DNA from: Heteronotia binoei
Lineage: Eukaryota
NCBI RefSeq assembly: GCF_032191835.1
Contig: NC_083237.1
Coordinates: forward strand, 28,334,001-28,398,000
DNA: 64,000 nt
Reading direction: 5' to 3'
The translations under genes were made by a program, and so were the position numbers. The notes below the pieces were generated by a model. That model saw only the letters and a list, made by a program, of their open reading frames with translations. It was not told the origin of the DNA and did no database searches. Each line of letters begins with the position of its first letter. Position 1 is the first letter of the stretch. Positions 10,573 through 22,058 of this stretch are shown one piece after another.

Positions 10573-10583
10573 ATTACTGTTAT
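10573..10583 (-). promoter_or_regulatory. Self-priming primer-binding site (11 nt, complementary to the predicted transcript 5' end)
   Basis: No TGG-type tRNA PBS. On -, ATAACAGTAAT sits 2 nt inside the 5' LTR boundary and is complementary to ATTACTGTTAT in the LTR (10675-10685). Confidence 0.8.
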
Positions 10584-10585
10584 AA

Positions 10586-11007
10586 TGTCAGAACTTGGAT
10601 GAACTTCAGAAGAGTCCAATACTTGTTGCAAGTTAGGATCTTTATTTGAAGAACTACAGTACTATAGTAACGAAATAACAGTAATGGCAATTCTGGGCAG
10701 TTGGTTACATTTTATGCCCACAGCAAAGCATAATAAAACAATAATTCACACGGTCTCAAATGGTTGTCTCTTCTTCCCAGCCTCTGTTATCAGCAAAGGA
10801 GGATGCCCCCCTGTTGCGAAGGCCAAACGGCCTGGCTTCAAAGGGCACCTGTGGATGTTAAGCAGAGACTCTCTGCCGCCTGCCTTACTGCCCTAAATAT
10901 TTGGCATAGCAGAGAGGCCCGGGTCACTGACCGCTGTCAAGCTTTCTAAGTTGCAACATGGAGTCAGTTTGGTTAAAGCAAAGCAATCAAAGTTACAAGT
11001 TCCGACA
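10586..11007 (-). repeat. 5' LTR of the gypsy element
   Basis: TGTCAGAA...TTCCGACA; on - a CATAAAA TATA-like box about 30 nt upstream of 10685, and AATAAA downstream of it. Confidence 0.95.
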
Positions 11008-11371
11008 AAGAGATTTAAAGAGAGAAATGCCTTCTCCAAGCTGCTTGATAGGGTGGTGGGGGCTTCAAGAGCCACACAATATGTGTGAAGGAACCACATG
11101 TGGCTCCCAAGCCACAGTATGGCCACCCCTGCTCTAGATTCTTCTCCATCAGAGTCTTCCCCCTCCTAGTGGAGATCCTTTATACAGCAGGGATTGAACC
11201 TGGGACCTTCTCACTGCAAAATATGTGCCCCACCAACAGGTTTGCAACAAATGGGCAGGGTTATGAAAATGAATCTTCCAGACTTCCCTCTACCACTTTC
11301 CCATTCTAGAGCCCCTAGATTCTAATAAAGCTTATGGCTTATCCTTATTTCTGTTTATTTTCAGGTCAAAA

Positions 11372-12817
11372 ATGCCTCCTCACTTGTCCAACGAGTTGGC
11401 CTTACAGCCAAAAAGTCTAAACATGCCCTCTGTTTGCTGTGATCACTTTGGACTCATGATGACCAAAAGACTACCTCTGGAATCAAGCCCATCCTCTCCT
11501 ACTGGCAAGCTTGACAATACAGCTATGCTTCTTGGACGTGTGGCTAACCTTGCAATGTGCTGGGTTAAGAAATGGTTCCACCTTTGGCGGAATTTCTCTG
11601 GAGCACTGATGAGGGCTATACAGATGGGCATTGCCAAGGGGGCCTGCAGCCTGGCTGCCGCAGCCTCTTTGGAGAAAGTAAAGAGACCCTCGGGAGACAA
11701 AGACAAACTTGGGAGAGATAAAAGCAAACTAGATGATGGAGAGAAGGTCAACTGCAAAGTTGACCATCAAAGGTATCTTATCCTGAGTAGCCTTGAAAGC
11801 TGGTCCCAAGAGGATGTAGAAAGATTAATTGAAGATGGACATTTTGGAGAATGCTCAGAAGAGTTTTTCAGTAATGCTAAAATGGCTAAGATGGATTTGG
11901 AAGATAACACTGCAGTGTGTCTAATACGTCGTTCCATCTCCTTTGACTTTGAAGATGATTTGGAAAGCTCATCAGACGAAGACATGGGACTTGAGGATGC
12001 AGAGTATCCTGGGAGTTTCCCCCAGAATTCACTGAAAGGTTTGGGTATCAGGGGATATTTTGAAGATTCCTGTAGCTCCTGTGAAGAGTTTGGGGATTTT
12101 GAAAATGATCTTGAAGGAGAATCTGTGGAAAGCGTGGAGAGTCCCTCTGTTTCCCGGGAACGCAGGGAGAGTGTCGAACATAGTGGGGATTTTGTGGTGT
12201 TTGAAGAACAAAGCATGGAAAGTACATCAGATTCTTCAGAATGTGGGGGATACCTGTCACAATACGGGAAAGCTAAGGAGAACTTGGGAACACCTATCAT
12301 CTCTTGTGGCTTCAAGAACCCCCTTGTGGTCTCTTTGTTCTACAGTCCATCAAAGGAAGATGATGATGATGATTCAGAAGACTGGTCAAGTGAAGACGAG
12401 ATGGAAGAGACTGGTCAGTCGTATTTAGATGGTGCTGTTTTGGAAAATGGAGATAGTTCTGCTGCAGAAAATAATTCTCAACAGCAGGATTTTCCTGAGA
12501 ATTTCTGTGGATCTTCCTTCCCCAACATGGACCCTTTGCATTCACTCTGTGTTTCCAAATCAATTCAGCCAGCCATCTTCAACCCACCTGAGCCCAAGAA
12601 GCACAAGGAAATCACAGTCTCCTTTCATTTAAGAAAACCAGATTCTAAGCCGGAAGAGTTTTGTAATCCTCCCAAACCATCTTCCCCAAAAGACCGAAGA
12701 TCTGTCACTGGGCATGTACCTCACCAATGCTGCCAGTTGGAAACTGAAAGAAACTGTGACTTGGTCACCGTAGAAACATCCTTAGGTTCCCAGAAGGAAA
12801 GCCAGGTGGTTAAGAAG
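11372..12817 (+). CDS. PPP1R15A: PPP1R15A (GADD34) coding exon 2, 482 codons, acidic/Ser-rich
   Basis: Acceptor at 11364/11365, ATG 11372, long acidic ORF ending ...VVKK|GTGAGT in phase 0; joins exon 3 to give the PP1-binding RVxF motif KKVQF. Confidence 0.88.
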
Positions 12818-15800
12818 GTGAGTCACATTGAAAAATGTTAATGAAGTAAACCAGAGTTCTTGTATTTGGCTTGTGGCTTTCTGTTGTTCTGTAATTAGTA
12901 GTAACACTCCTGATTCTGCCTCTCACCATCAGTAATTGGATGAGAATTGCCTGTTTCGTTCACAAATACTGGGAAAAATGTGACACTACGCATGATTTTT
13001 TTACCACTCTTACTATGGTTTCTCACCCCTAACCACCATTGTGTTAATGTGGTGGATAGTAGGGCAACTTTGCTTTTACTAGCTGCACAACAGACAGGAA
13101 AAGGGTGGGTATCCCAATATGAGGTAGGCTCAAAACTGTGGTATTGTAGAGTGTGTCAAAACAGGATTGCTATTTATTTGGGGAGCGTGGGAGGCGATGA
13201 GGGGCCTTCCCAGAATGCCAGTTCCCACTAACTTTTAGCCTTGAAATTGTCACAGGACACTCTGTTGTTAATTCTCCTGAAATTACTATTTTTTTATTGT
13301 ACTTATATCCCACCCTCCCCTGATGGACTCAGGGCAGTTAACAGCAATTAAAAGAACAAAGAATTAAATCATTACAATAAAATCCTTAAAACATCTCAAA
13401 CATATACAGTTTTAATCCCTAGATGGCATTATTATTAGTTCTTGATTAGTGCTCTTTACTATGATGTTATTAGATGTTGTTTAGCACATTACACTACACA
13501 GGAGCTAACATTGCAGTTAGGGATGTATGCATGTGCTGTATTTCATTTTGGTACGATGCCCTTGCAGACCTTTTTGTTTCACCTATTTTCAACACTGGCA
13601 TTCCAGATTCTTTTATTTGTTTGTATAGGACAGGAAAGAGAAACAAAGTGGCCTGAAAAGAGAAACCGAAGTGAGAAGCTGAAAGTAGTGGGACTGCACA
13701 GTTTAGGGTTACCAGGACTGCGTTGAAAAATACCTGGAGACTTTGGGGGTGGAACCAGGAGAGGGCAGGGTTTGGGGAAGGGAGGGGCCTCAGCATGGCA
13801 CAATGCCTCAGAATCTGCCCATCAAAGTAGCCATTTTCTCCAGGGGACTGATCAAAGCTACCACGTCTTTCAGTTTGCAAAAATATATTACAAGGATTGT
13901 ATACAACACATAATAAAAAATACAATAATGATAGAGGCCGGCGGTGCTAGGGCCTTTTAAAGTAACAGAAATCCCAAGGGGCCAAAAAAATGCACCCGCT
14001 TTCTTAAAAGGATGTCTCTATATTTTGATGATGTTTCAATTCTTTCTTCAGTTTAATGTCTTAATTATTTAGGAACCCCATTCTACATTTTCTAATCACA
14101 GCATTAAGCTTCTCATTTCAGTGTGAACATCTTTTTAAGAAAGTGGCTGCACTGAAGCTACACTCCTCAGGAGCACTCACCTTGTGAATGTCAGTTTGGA
14201 CTTATATCTATTCCTTTGAAGACGGGGTTTTTGGCCCCTTGGGGTTTCTGTTACTTTAAAAGGCCCAAGCACCGCTGGCCTCTATCATTATGGTATTGTT
14301 TATTATGTGTTGTACACAATCCTTGTAATATATTTTTGCAAATTGAAAGATGGTGTATTACTTGGTGGCTTTGATCAATCTACTGATTACACCAAGTGCC
14401 CTTCAAGCAGCAGATTTTCTTCAGGGGAGCTGATCTCTGCCAGCTGGAGATCAGTTTGTAAAAGCAGGAGATCGCCAGGCCCCACCTGGAGGCTGGCAAC
14501 CTTAGCACAGTTTGGCAGCATCCCTAATTATAATGCACCCCCAACAGAATTATTCACAGGGTGTGCGCGTTTATAAGTGAGAAACAGTGGAAGTGAATTT
14601 GTGGGATGTAGAGAAATGGCTGTCATTGATGACCAAAGGGTGATTTCCCCAAGCCTCCTCTTTCTCATGCTATGATGTCTCCCCAGCCAGCCCTCCCTTT
14701 CTAGCCTCAGACCCTCCTCCCACACCCTCCTCAGTCTCACCATTCTGGAAAGAGCCAGAAATACCGAGTCCCTGCTCTGTGTAATGCTAGACTTCCAGCA
14801 ACGGAAGTGGATGACGTAAGGCTGTGAGATTCCTGAGCCCAGAAGGCCCCTCCCTTGCCTTCCCTTGCTTCCTTTGTGGAAGTCAGTCATCTGAACTACT
14901 TGCAGATCCACTGTGCAAAAGCTGATGATCTCAGAATGCAGCAGTTTTAGTGTTTTTTGGGGGGAGGTTTTTGGCTTAATAGCACTTAGTACATTTTCTG
15001 TGGCAAGCTCAGAGAGAACTACCTCAGCCTTCCCCAGAGCAAACTGTTGGGTCACACCGTGGATGCTTAGGATTTTAATTGAATTGGCTCTTGACTCAGG
15101 AATGTGGGAGAACAAAGTCTATGTCTCTGAGCATGGAAGGAATGCCTTTTCCACATGCCTGAGTTGGCACAGCCAGCCACTGCTGCTGTTGTTGTTGCCA
15201 TCAAGTTATAGCTTACGACACTCCTGTAGGATTTTCAAGGCAAGAGACCATCAGAGATGGTTTGCCATTGCCTGCCTCTGTGTCAAAACCTTGGTGTTCC
15301 TGGGTGGTCTCCCTTCCAAATATTAGCTGGTCCTGCTTAGTTTCTGAGATGTGATTCGTTCAGGCTAACCTGGGCTATCCAGGTCAGGGCCACAGAGCAA
15401 TTAAGGGTAGATAAAGGATTTCTAGCCATAAAGGGTGGATTCTGAGTTGCACTGAGCCCCCACCACCACCACCCTGCAAAGGGAGGCGCACAAAATGCTT
15501 TGGATAAAGTGTGGTTAATCTGTGTCAGACAGGGACTGTGCATTCCATGGTCAGCCTGAATGGTGGCCTTTGGTTTTTGTCTTGTGTGTAAAACAGGAAT
15601 CCTGTGGCACCTTGAAGTGAGTCTGCTTGCTTCATCAAATGCATGGGAGTCAGTGTGATTCCATCAGACTGATTTGTATTCACAAACAGAATGTTACACG
15701 GAGAGGCCAACTCAAAACAAGACCCAGTCCCAAAGTAATCTGTTCACTCAGCATGGGCGTAGGACACTCCTTGCTTTCATTAGATAAGCAAAACATCGAA

Positions 15801-17321
15801 CCGAGTGCAGGATGAAATGAGATAAAAAGATATAGGGGAGAGTGTGTCACACCCATGCTGTGTGAATATTACTTGTTTGGAGTGGATCTTGGTTTGAACT
15901 GATACCTCCTTGTAACATTCCCCTACCTTTCTGTTGCATGTATAGATCAGCCTGATGAATGTACACTCCAGTGCCTCTGAGGAAGTGAGCTATGCCCCGG
16001 TTTCAGCAGCCCACTGTGAGAGGGTTGGCTTAGCATAATAATGTGTGTCAAGTCAGAGCTGATTTATGGTGACCCCAAGACTGGGATTTTCAAAGGAAAA
16101 GATGAGCAGATGTGTTTTGCATTGCCTGCCTCTGCATAGCAGCTTCTGTTGTCCTTGGTGGTCTCCCAAGCTCTGGTGAGATTGGGCTAGGCTGGGCTAT
16201 CAGGCTGCTTGGCATAGCAAAGTAGCTTACAAAACTGAGCACTGGATCAGGAAGTCCGTGACTTCAATGTCACATCAGCCAGTTGGGGGCTTGGAAGCGC
16301 ACAAACAAACAGGAAACTTAAAGATAATACTGGTCTGTTTTACAAGTTAGTTGTAAAGATAAAAAACAGAGCTATATAAAGTGTTACGGTTACTAAACAT
16401 AAAGCATAACTCAGGGTGATCTAAAATGGGGCAATGGGCATTTGTTTCGATGGCTCTAAAGGAGCACTGAATGATGCTCCTTTATCAGCCACCTTTAGCC
16501 ATGGAAGCAAAATGGGAACCTCTGTGCAAATAAAGCACCTCTCTGAATACCAGTTGCTGGAGGCAACAGTGATGGTGGGATGGCTGTTGCCACCAAGCCC
16601 TGATTGGGATGCCTTTGGCGTGATCCAGCCAGTCTGTTTTTAGTGCATTCTTAAGAACTGGTGTCCTGTGCTTGCTTCTCCTCCCCAGCATTGTTTGGCT
16701 GGAAAGATGGCAAGAATGAAGAGTTTATCTGTAGGAGGCAGATCAGAGGAGCTTGGTTTGTTTTGCTAAGAAGGGACGTGGGAGCTGGGGCGGGGGGAAT
16801 GCAGTGTGGAAGGGAGTTCCTGTTTGAATGCAAGGGGCCCATGTTTTGAGGAAGGGCTTTGGGTACTATTTAACAAGATCATTGTTTGGCCGTGGAGCCC
16901 ACTTTAAGCTGTAAATTTGGAAGGCGGTTTCTGAAAGTATGGCTGAAGACCAACAAAAAGGTGGTGAAGGTCTGAGCAGTGGTTTTAAGAGGGATTGTTG
17001 CCACTGCTAATGAGCACCCACCCCTCTTTTGTCTCTGATGTTTTATTTCAAAAATATGTTTGACCAAAAGCTTTGGTGAGATACACTGCCCCCGGAAAAG
17101 CTGTGGCTCTCTCAAAGCAGTTTCAGCCCCCTCAAACTATAGTGCATTGGAAACGTGCACTTTTGTGTTTTCTCCACAGAATTGAGAGGAGAGAACCTAT
17201 CGCACAGGATTTCTTATTTTCTTTCACACGTATATATCCATGCTCGGGTTCCACAGCACACAACTGTCCCTCTCTAAGAAATACCTGCTATAATCTTCTT
17301 GTCTTTCCCTTTCATCCTTAG

Positions 17322-17597
17322 GTTCAATTCTCTCCTGAGGTCACTATCCATACACTGGTGGTCTGGGATTATGCTTCCCGAGCAGCTCGCCGTGGCCCCT
17401 GGGAGGAAATGGCCCGTGATCGCTGTCGTTTCAAACGCAGAATTACAGAGGTGGGAGCCATCTTGGAGCCTTGTCTGGAGAGGGAACATCGCGCCAAAGC
17501 ATGGAGGAAGATCCATGGGGCTTTGGGCCTTGCTCGGCCAGAAAACACTGACAATACACTTCACAGTTCAGCTGGGCAGCAGAAGCTGCCGGCCTAA
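17322..17597 (+). CDS. PPP1R15A: PPP1R15A last coding exon: PP1/eIF2-alpha-binding domain
   Basis: Polypyrimidine tract plus TAG|GTT; VQFSPEVTIHTLVVWDYASRAARRGPWEEMARDRCRFKRRI matches the GADD34/ICP34.5 domain. The W..A..AARxGPWE pattern, 3-exon layout and NUCB1/TULP2 neighbourhood favour 15A over 15B. Confidence 0.92.
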   Translation, partial: VQFSPEVTIHTLVVWDYASRAARRGPWEEMARDRCRFKRRITEVGAILEPCLEREHRAKAWRKIHGALGLARPENTDNTLHSSAGQQKLPA

Positions 17598-18559
17598 ACA
17601 AAGCTGCGAATGAAATGGCTGCTCACAGTGGTGCCTGTGAAGCAGTCTCTCTGCGCTGAAACACAGATGAAGGATGATGGGATTTTTGATAGCAAAAGCA
17701 TGGGAGTCTGAATTCAAGACTGCTAGCATTTCCTGAATTAAAGTGGCAGGGGAGGAATCACAAGACACTCATGCCTTGCATGCACACGACTGTACCCATT
17801 AACATGGGACATATCTGTTCTCTGCCTGTAGCCTACAGTGTAGCGAGATTACCAAGCAATCTGACCTCACATTCTATATCCTTTCAAGTGGGGTTAGACT
17901 TGAGGGAGGGGCCCAGGCTCAAGCTGTTTTGGGTTCTCCTTTTCTGAACAAATGCACTGATCCTAAATTATTGCTACCTCAGATTCCTGCATTTTGTATC
18001 CTCCACATAAAACAGAACCACAGTTGTAGTGACAACTGTGTGTACAAGTCAGGCCTCTGATGTAATACTTCTGGGTTGTTGCAACAGTGAGCAAGGCTTG
18101 TGAAATGTGTTTGCAACAATGAGGTGGTGTGTTGGTATTACCATTTTATGGGCAGGGGAAAAAAACCTGAAGGATGTTCAGAGAATCTATGGCTGGATGT
18201 AGCACTGGTACCAGCTCCCACTAGTCTTGAATATTGTTGTATGACAATGCTAGATTTAAACAACTGGGCAGGCTAAAATACCTTATTCACATAGTATTCC
18301 ATCTGGCAGGCTTTACACTAAAACAGGATTTTAGCTGCTGTAGTTACAGCATTAGAATTCTGTGTGTGTAGGCCCTACTGGGAATTAAACCCATCTCTTT
18401 TAAACTGGGACTGAGCCTTCGGGATACCTGTAAAAACTGTCTATTTTCAGGATGTTTTTTAAATATTTAAATTATTGCTGTCTGGAGACATTTGATTAAT
18501 CTTTCAATATCATATGTAATAACTACCTGACAGTTTGATATTTTTTATATTAATGTATA

Positions 18560-18565
18560 AATAAA
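18560..18565 (+). terminator. Candidate PPP1R15A polyadenylation signal
   Basis: AATAAA at the end of an AU-rich ~1-kb 3' UTR, followed by a GT/T-rich stretch. Confidence 0.55.
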
Positions 18566-19065
18566 TTGGTGTTTCAACTGTCTGTATAATTTTTTTAAAA
18601 AATCAAAGCTCTTTGCTCCTGCACCCAATCTCTTCTTTGTGACTTACTGAGAATGGCCATTTTTATGCACATTTAGAACTGAAACTCAACAATGGTGAGA
18701 AATCTGTGCTGAGCTGTCTTGCATACGTGCAGTACACTCCAGCATTTAAAACAAATGAGAATCGGACTGCTCTTTATCTTTAAAGTATAAGAACTCTGCT
18801 GGATCAAATCAAAGTTCCATCTAGTCCAGCATCCTTTCTCAGAGTAGCCGGTCATATACCTGTTTGAAACTACATCCTGTGGAAATGAGTTCCATGCATT
18901 AATTGTTAGGAAGGAAGATAGGAAGAAATAGTTTTGCCTTTTCTGAATGTATTGCCCATCAACAAGTTCTCTATCCATGTGCTCCAAACTTCTTGTCCTA
19001 TCAGGAAAAAAGTATTTTCCCTCAGGACAAGTAGCAGGGAGAGTGTTAACCTCAACAGAAGTAGC

Positions 19066-19258
19066 TAGGTTTGCCAACCTCCAGGTGGTCCCTGGAGTTC
19101 TGGAATTAGAACTGATCTCCAGACTACAAATATCAGTTCCCACAGAGAAAAATGGCAGCTTTGGAGAGTAGATATTATATATCACAGATAACTGAAGTCC
19201 CTCCCCAGACACTGTCCCTCAAATCTCCAAAACTTCCCCAAGCCAGAATTGGCAACCT
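19066..19258 (+). mobile_element. Representative of the abundant AGGGTTGCCA..TGGCAACCCT short repeat family
   Basis: Shared core CAGACTACAGAGATCAGTTCCCCTGGAGAAAATGG; similar copies near 14.4-14.5, 46.2-46.4, 46.7-46.9, 48.1-48.3, 49.7-49.9, 50.2-50.4, 58.2-58.4 and 63.4-63.6 kb. Confidence 0.65.
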
Positions 19259-19587
19259 CAACCACAACGCTGATCCAAACTCTCCCCCTCAGCGTTTCTT
19301 TAGCTTTCAGTTGAGCCCTTAAGGGTTCAGGACAAGAGTAGGTGTGTTCAGTTAAAGCTTACAACAGGAATCAAAACTGTATTTTAAGGGATAGGTTTGT
19401 GCTTGGAAAAAACATGGATATTGGAAAGAAACAACTATTCTATTTCTGTAGTGCTTCACATGACACTACCTCAACATGCTTTGCCGTTTGGTACTGTAGG
19501 CCAGTACAATCCAGACAGAATGCAGACTTTTAAAACAGAGACAAAAAAATCCAGGCATTTGCAGACTCGGCTCCTAGAAATTTACTG

Positions 19588-19770
19588 ATCTTCCTCGTGG
19601 TCTCTGTGCTTCACACCCATGGGATAGAGCACCTGCGCCGATCCCCGAATCGGTATCTGAAAAGCCCGGGATTTTTCCGCGCTCAGCGCCAATGGGCATG
19701 CGCAGGTGTCCCAGTACGCATGCTCACCTGCGCCAGTGCGGGGATCCTGCCAGTTCCTTTCTGACCACTG
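19588..19770 (+). repeat. DIRS left inverted terminal repeat
   Basis: Reverse complement of ~25039-25222 (e.g. CCAGTTCCTTTCTGACC vs GGTCAGGAAGGAACTGG). Confidence 0.85.
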
Positions 19771-19891
19771 CGCGGAGAGGTTCACCTTTCATGTCCCCGG
19801 TCGGTGAGATATCGGTTTTTGCCTTTTCTCGTGTATATAGCCCATTTGTTGTTTTCTTAGAGTAGATATAGTTAGTAAAAAAAAAGTTTGT

Positions 19892-22058
19892 GTGTGTGTC
19901 TGTCGGACTGCCCTCCGGGGCCTTCCCCCTCGTTTGTTTTCCCCCAAAGTTTTTTTTTCCCCCTCAGAGGACTCTGAGCGGGTGTTTAGCGACTGGAGTC
20001 TATGGAAAGTCACTGGGGGGTTTTCAAACGTTGCCGTTCCTGCGGGAAGAAGATTGCCCCCCCCCCCAGACGGCCATTCTCTGTGTCTTCTCTGCTTGGG
20101 TGAAGCGCACTGTGTGGAGTCCTGCCCACATTGCCTCCGCTTCTCCAAGCAAATGAGGAAGAACAGGGCGGCGCGGCTTTCGGCGGCTCTAACCGAATCG
20201 GCACTCCGCCCTCAAAGATCGGGCACATCGGCATCGACCATGGCAGACACCCCGGCCCCGACGGTCACATCGGCCAATATGACCCCGGTCGTGACCGAAA
20301 TGCCGACTGAGCGAGGCTCCTCTGTAAGCCGAAATGCCCTTCAAACGAGGTTGGGGAATTAGGTGGGCACCTGGCTCACTAGGAATCTTTTACCAATGTA
20401 TACAAGAATACATGTCCAGAAAAGTGATGCTTAAATATTTGGGACTCTAATTTAGTGAAATCAATTATAATTTATTGGAAAAATATATAGACTTCCATAC
20501 AAGATAAAAATACACGTACAATCATACACACACACAGTCCTAAGAAATATAGATAGATGGCTAGGGGAACATATAAGGGTAGACACACAGGGTAATATTA
20601 CCTATCGTAGTCTTCAAGGAAGGCTCCAATGGCGACAAAAGAGGACAGGGGAAATGGACCCAAAACTGTGGCCAGAATTGGGGATGGATCTAGACAGCGG
20701 AATTGGGATACTGCTAGAAGCACACCAGTGGGTAGCTAGTCCACAGGTTATAAGGACTCCCTTGAGCCCTCAGGGAATGGGAGGTAGGAGGGAGGAGAAA
20801 GGGGAGGCTCTGCAATGACCAGGAGGGCTAGACTATTGCAGAGCCAATAACAAGTACCTTGGTGGCACCTAATTGGGTACCTGCTCTTGACCAATGAACT
20901 CTGCCTAGGTCCTGTGTACCTGAAAGAACTTCCAGATTGAAACAGGTCGTGGGGCAGGCTCCAAAGTGACAGAATAGAAGTGATTACTGAGTGGGGAATA
21001 CTTAAGATTAGATGGACTTATCTGAAAAGGTGACAATAGAGAATCAAATATTGACCTAGGTATCACCCGGTTTAGACAAAAGACTTGGCTCATGCAGGAG
21101 ATGGTCTTCCTCTTTCTTAGTCTTCTTCCTGACACCGAGGAAGTTTGCGGAATGGGATCACAGTCCGAGGCGTCCTGTATGTCGAGGCTGTCGCACCATT
21201 CCCAAAGACCATCGGCATCGATCCCTCCGGAGAGGCGCACTACATCAGTGGCTGAGACTCATCGACGACCATCTACATCAATCCGCTGAGTTCCTTTTCA
21301 CCCATCCGAAACCGAACTCAGTGGTCGTCTCTTCTTCATCCAAGGCATGAAAGGTCCACTCATCCCCACCCGACAAGGAGGGAAAGAAGCTGGACAACAT
21401 GGGAAGAAAGGTGTATTCTGCAGGGGCCCTGGGAGTAAAGGTATCTAATTATGCGGCTTGCATGGCTAGATACCAGTACTCCGTATGGGAACAACTTACC
21501 CCTCTTCTCTCTTCCCTGAGCGAGGACAAGAAGGCGGCTGCCAGGAAGCTGCAGAAAGAAGGCTTTGCTGTGGCCAAGCAGCAATTGGCTGCAGCAAAGC
21601 ACATGGTGGACGTGTCAGCAAAGGCAATCACATCCGCTGTGTGCATTCGTCAGCACTCCTGGTTGAGATCAACAGCCCTGCAGCAGGACACTAGGGCTTT
21701 TGTCGAGGACTTGCCCTTCGAGGGGGATGGCCTGTTTAGCACCACCACAGACAGTGCACTGCAGGAAATCGACAAGAGCCTGAAAACCTCTAGGAACCTG
21801 GGTGTGCAGGCCACCTCAAGGACTCCTAAGGCAAAGCAGTGGCACAAACCGTGGGCCAAGAAGCCCTTCCAAAAATTTTCGCCAGAACAGCAATGGCGAC
21901 CTCGCTCCACCCAGCCTGACAGACCATCATACTCAGGCAACAACAGGAACCGCTATAATTCTCAGGCTGCTGGCCTTTTGACTTTCTTGTGGCACGCGTC
22001 ATCGCCCCCACTTCAACATCTATCCGTCTCCGCCCTTTCCTATCTGCCTGGGAGTTGA
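19892..22058 (+). pseudogene. DIRS ORF1 (gag-like) remnants, interrupted
   Basis: N-terminal Cys/His finger CLLCLGEAHCVESCPHC (ORF 19892-20362) and C-terminal WLRSTALQQDTRAFVEDLPFEGDGLF segment (ORF 21399-22058), separated by an ~810-bp unrelated insert and stops. Confidence 0.7.
20323..21134 (-). mobile_element. Probable solo-LTR-like insertion inside DIRS gag
   Basis: AT-richer block breaking the gag frame; TG..CA ends (TGTAAG at 20323, TGACA ending 21134); on -, TTATAA near 20752 precedes AATAAA near 20474. No matching TSD found. Confidence 0.4.

Larger units (their letters stand above)
5103..11007 (-). mobile_element. Full-length Ty3/gypsy LTR retrotransposon, chromovirus (Tf1/sushi group)
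   Basis: Two 422-bp TG..CA LTRs; perfect 5-bp TSD AAGAG (5098-5102, 11008-11012); PPT AGGGGGGGCAGTA on - (5525-5537); gag, PR-RT-RH-IN-chromodomain order. Confidence 0.97.
4895..11131. mobile_element. hAT-type MITE (~330 bp) split by the gypsy insertion
   Basis: TIRs CAGGGATGGCCAAACT (4895) and CAGTATGGCCACCCCTG (ends 11131); 8-bp TSD CTCTAGAC/CTCTAGAT (7/8 match). Uninterrupted relatives at ~41401-41681 and 48279-48590. Confidence 0.8.

Noticed and set aside
11372-17597. Alternative assignment as PPP1R15B (CReP)
   Set aside because: The non-coding uORF exon 1 plus two coding exons, the W..A..AARxGPWE motif and the NUCB1/TULP2 linkage all fit PPP1R15A.
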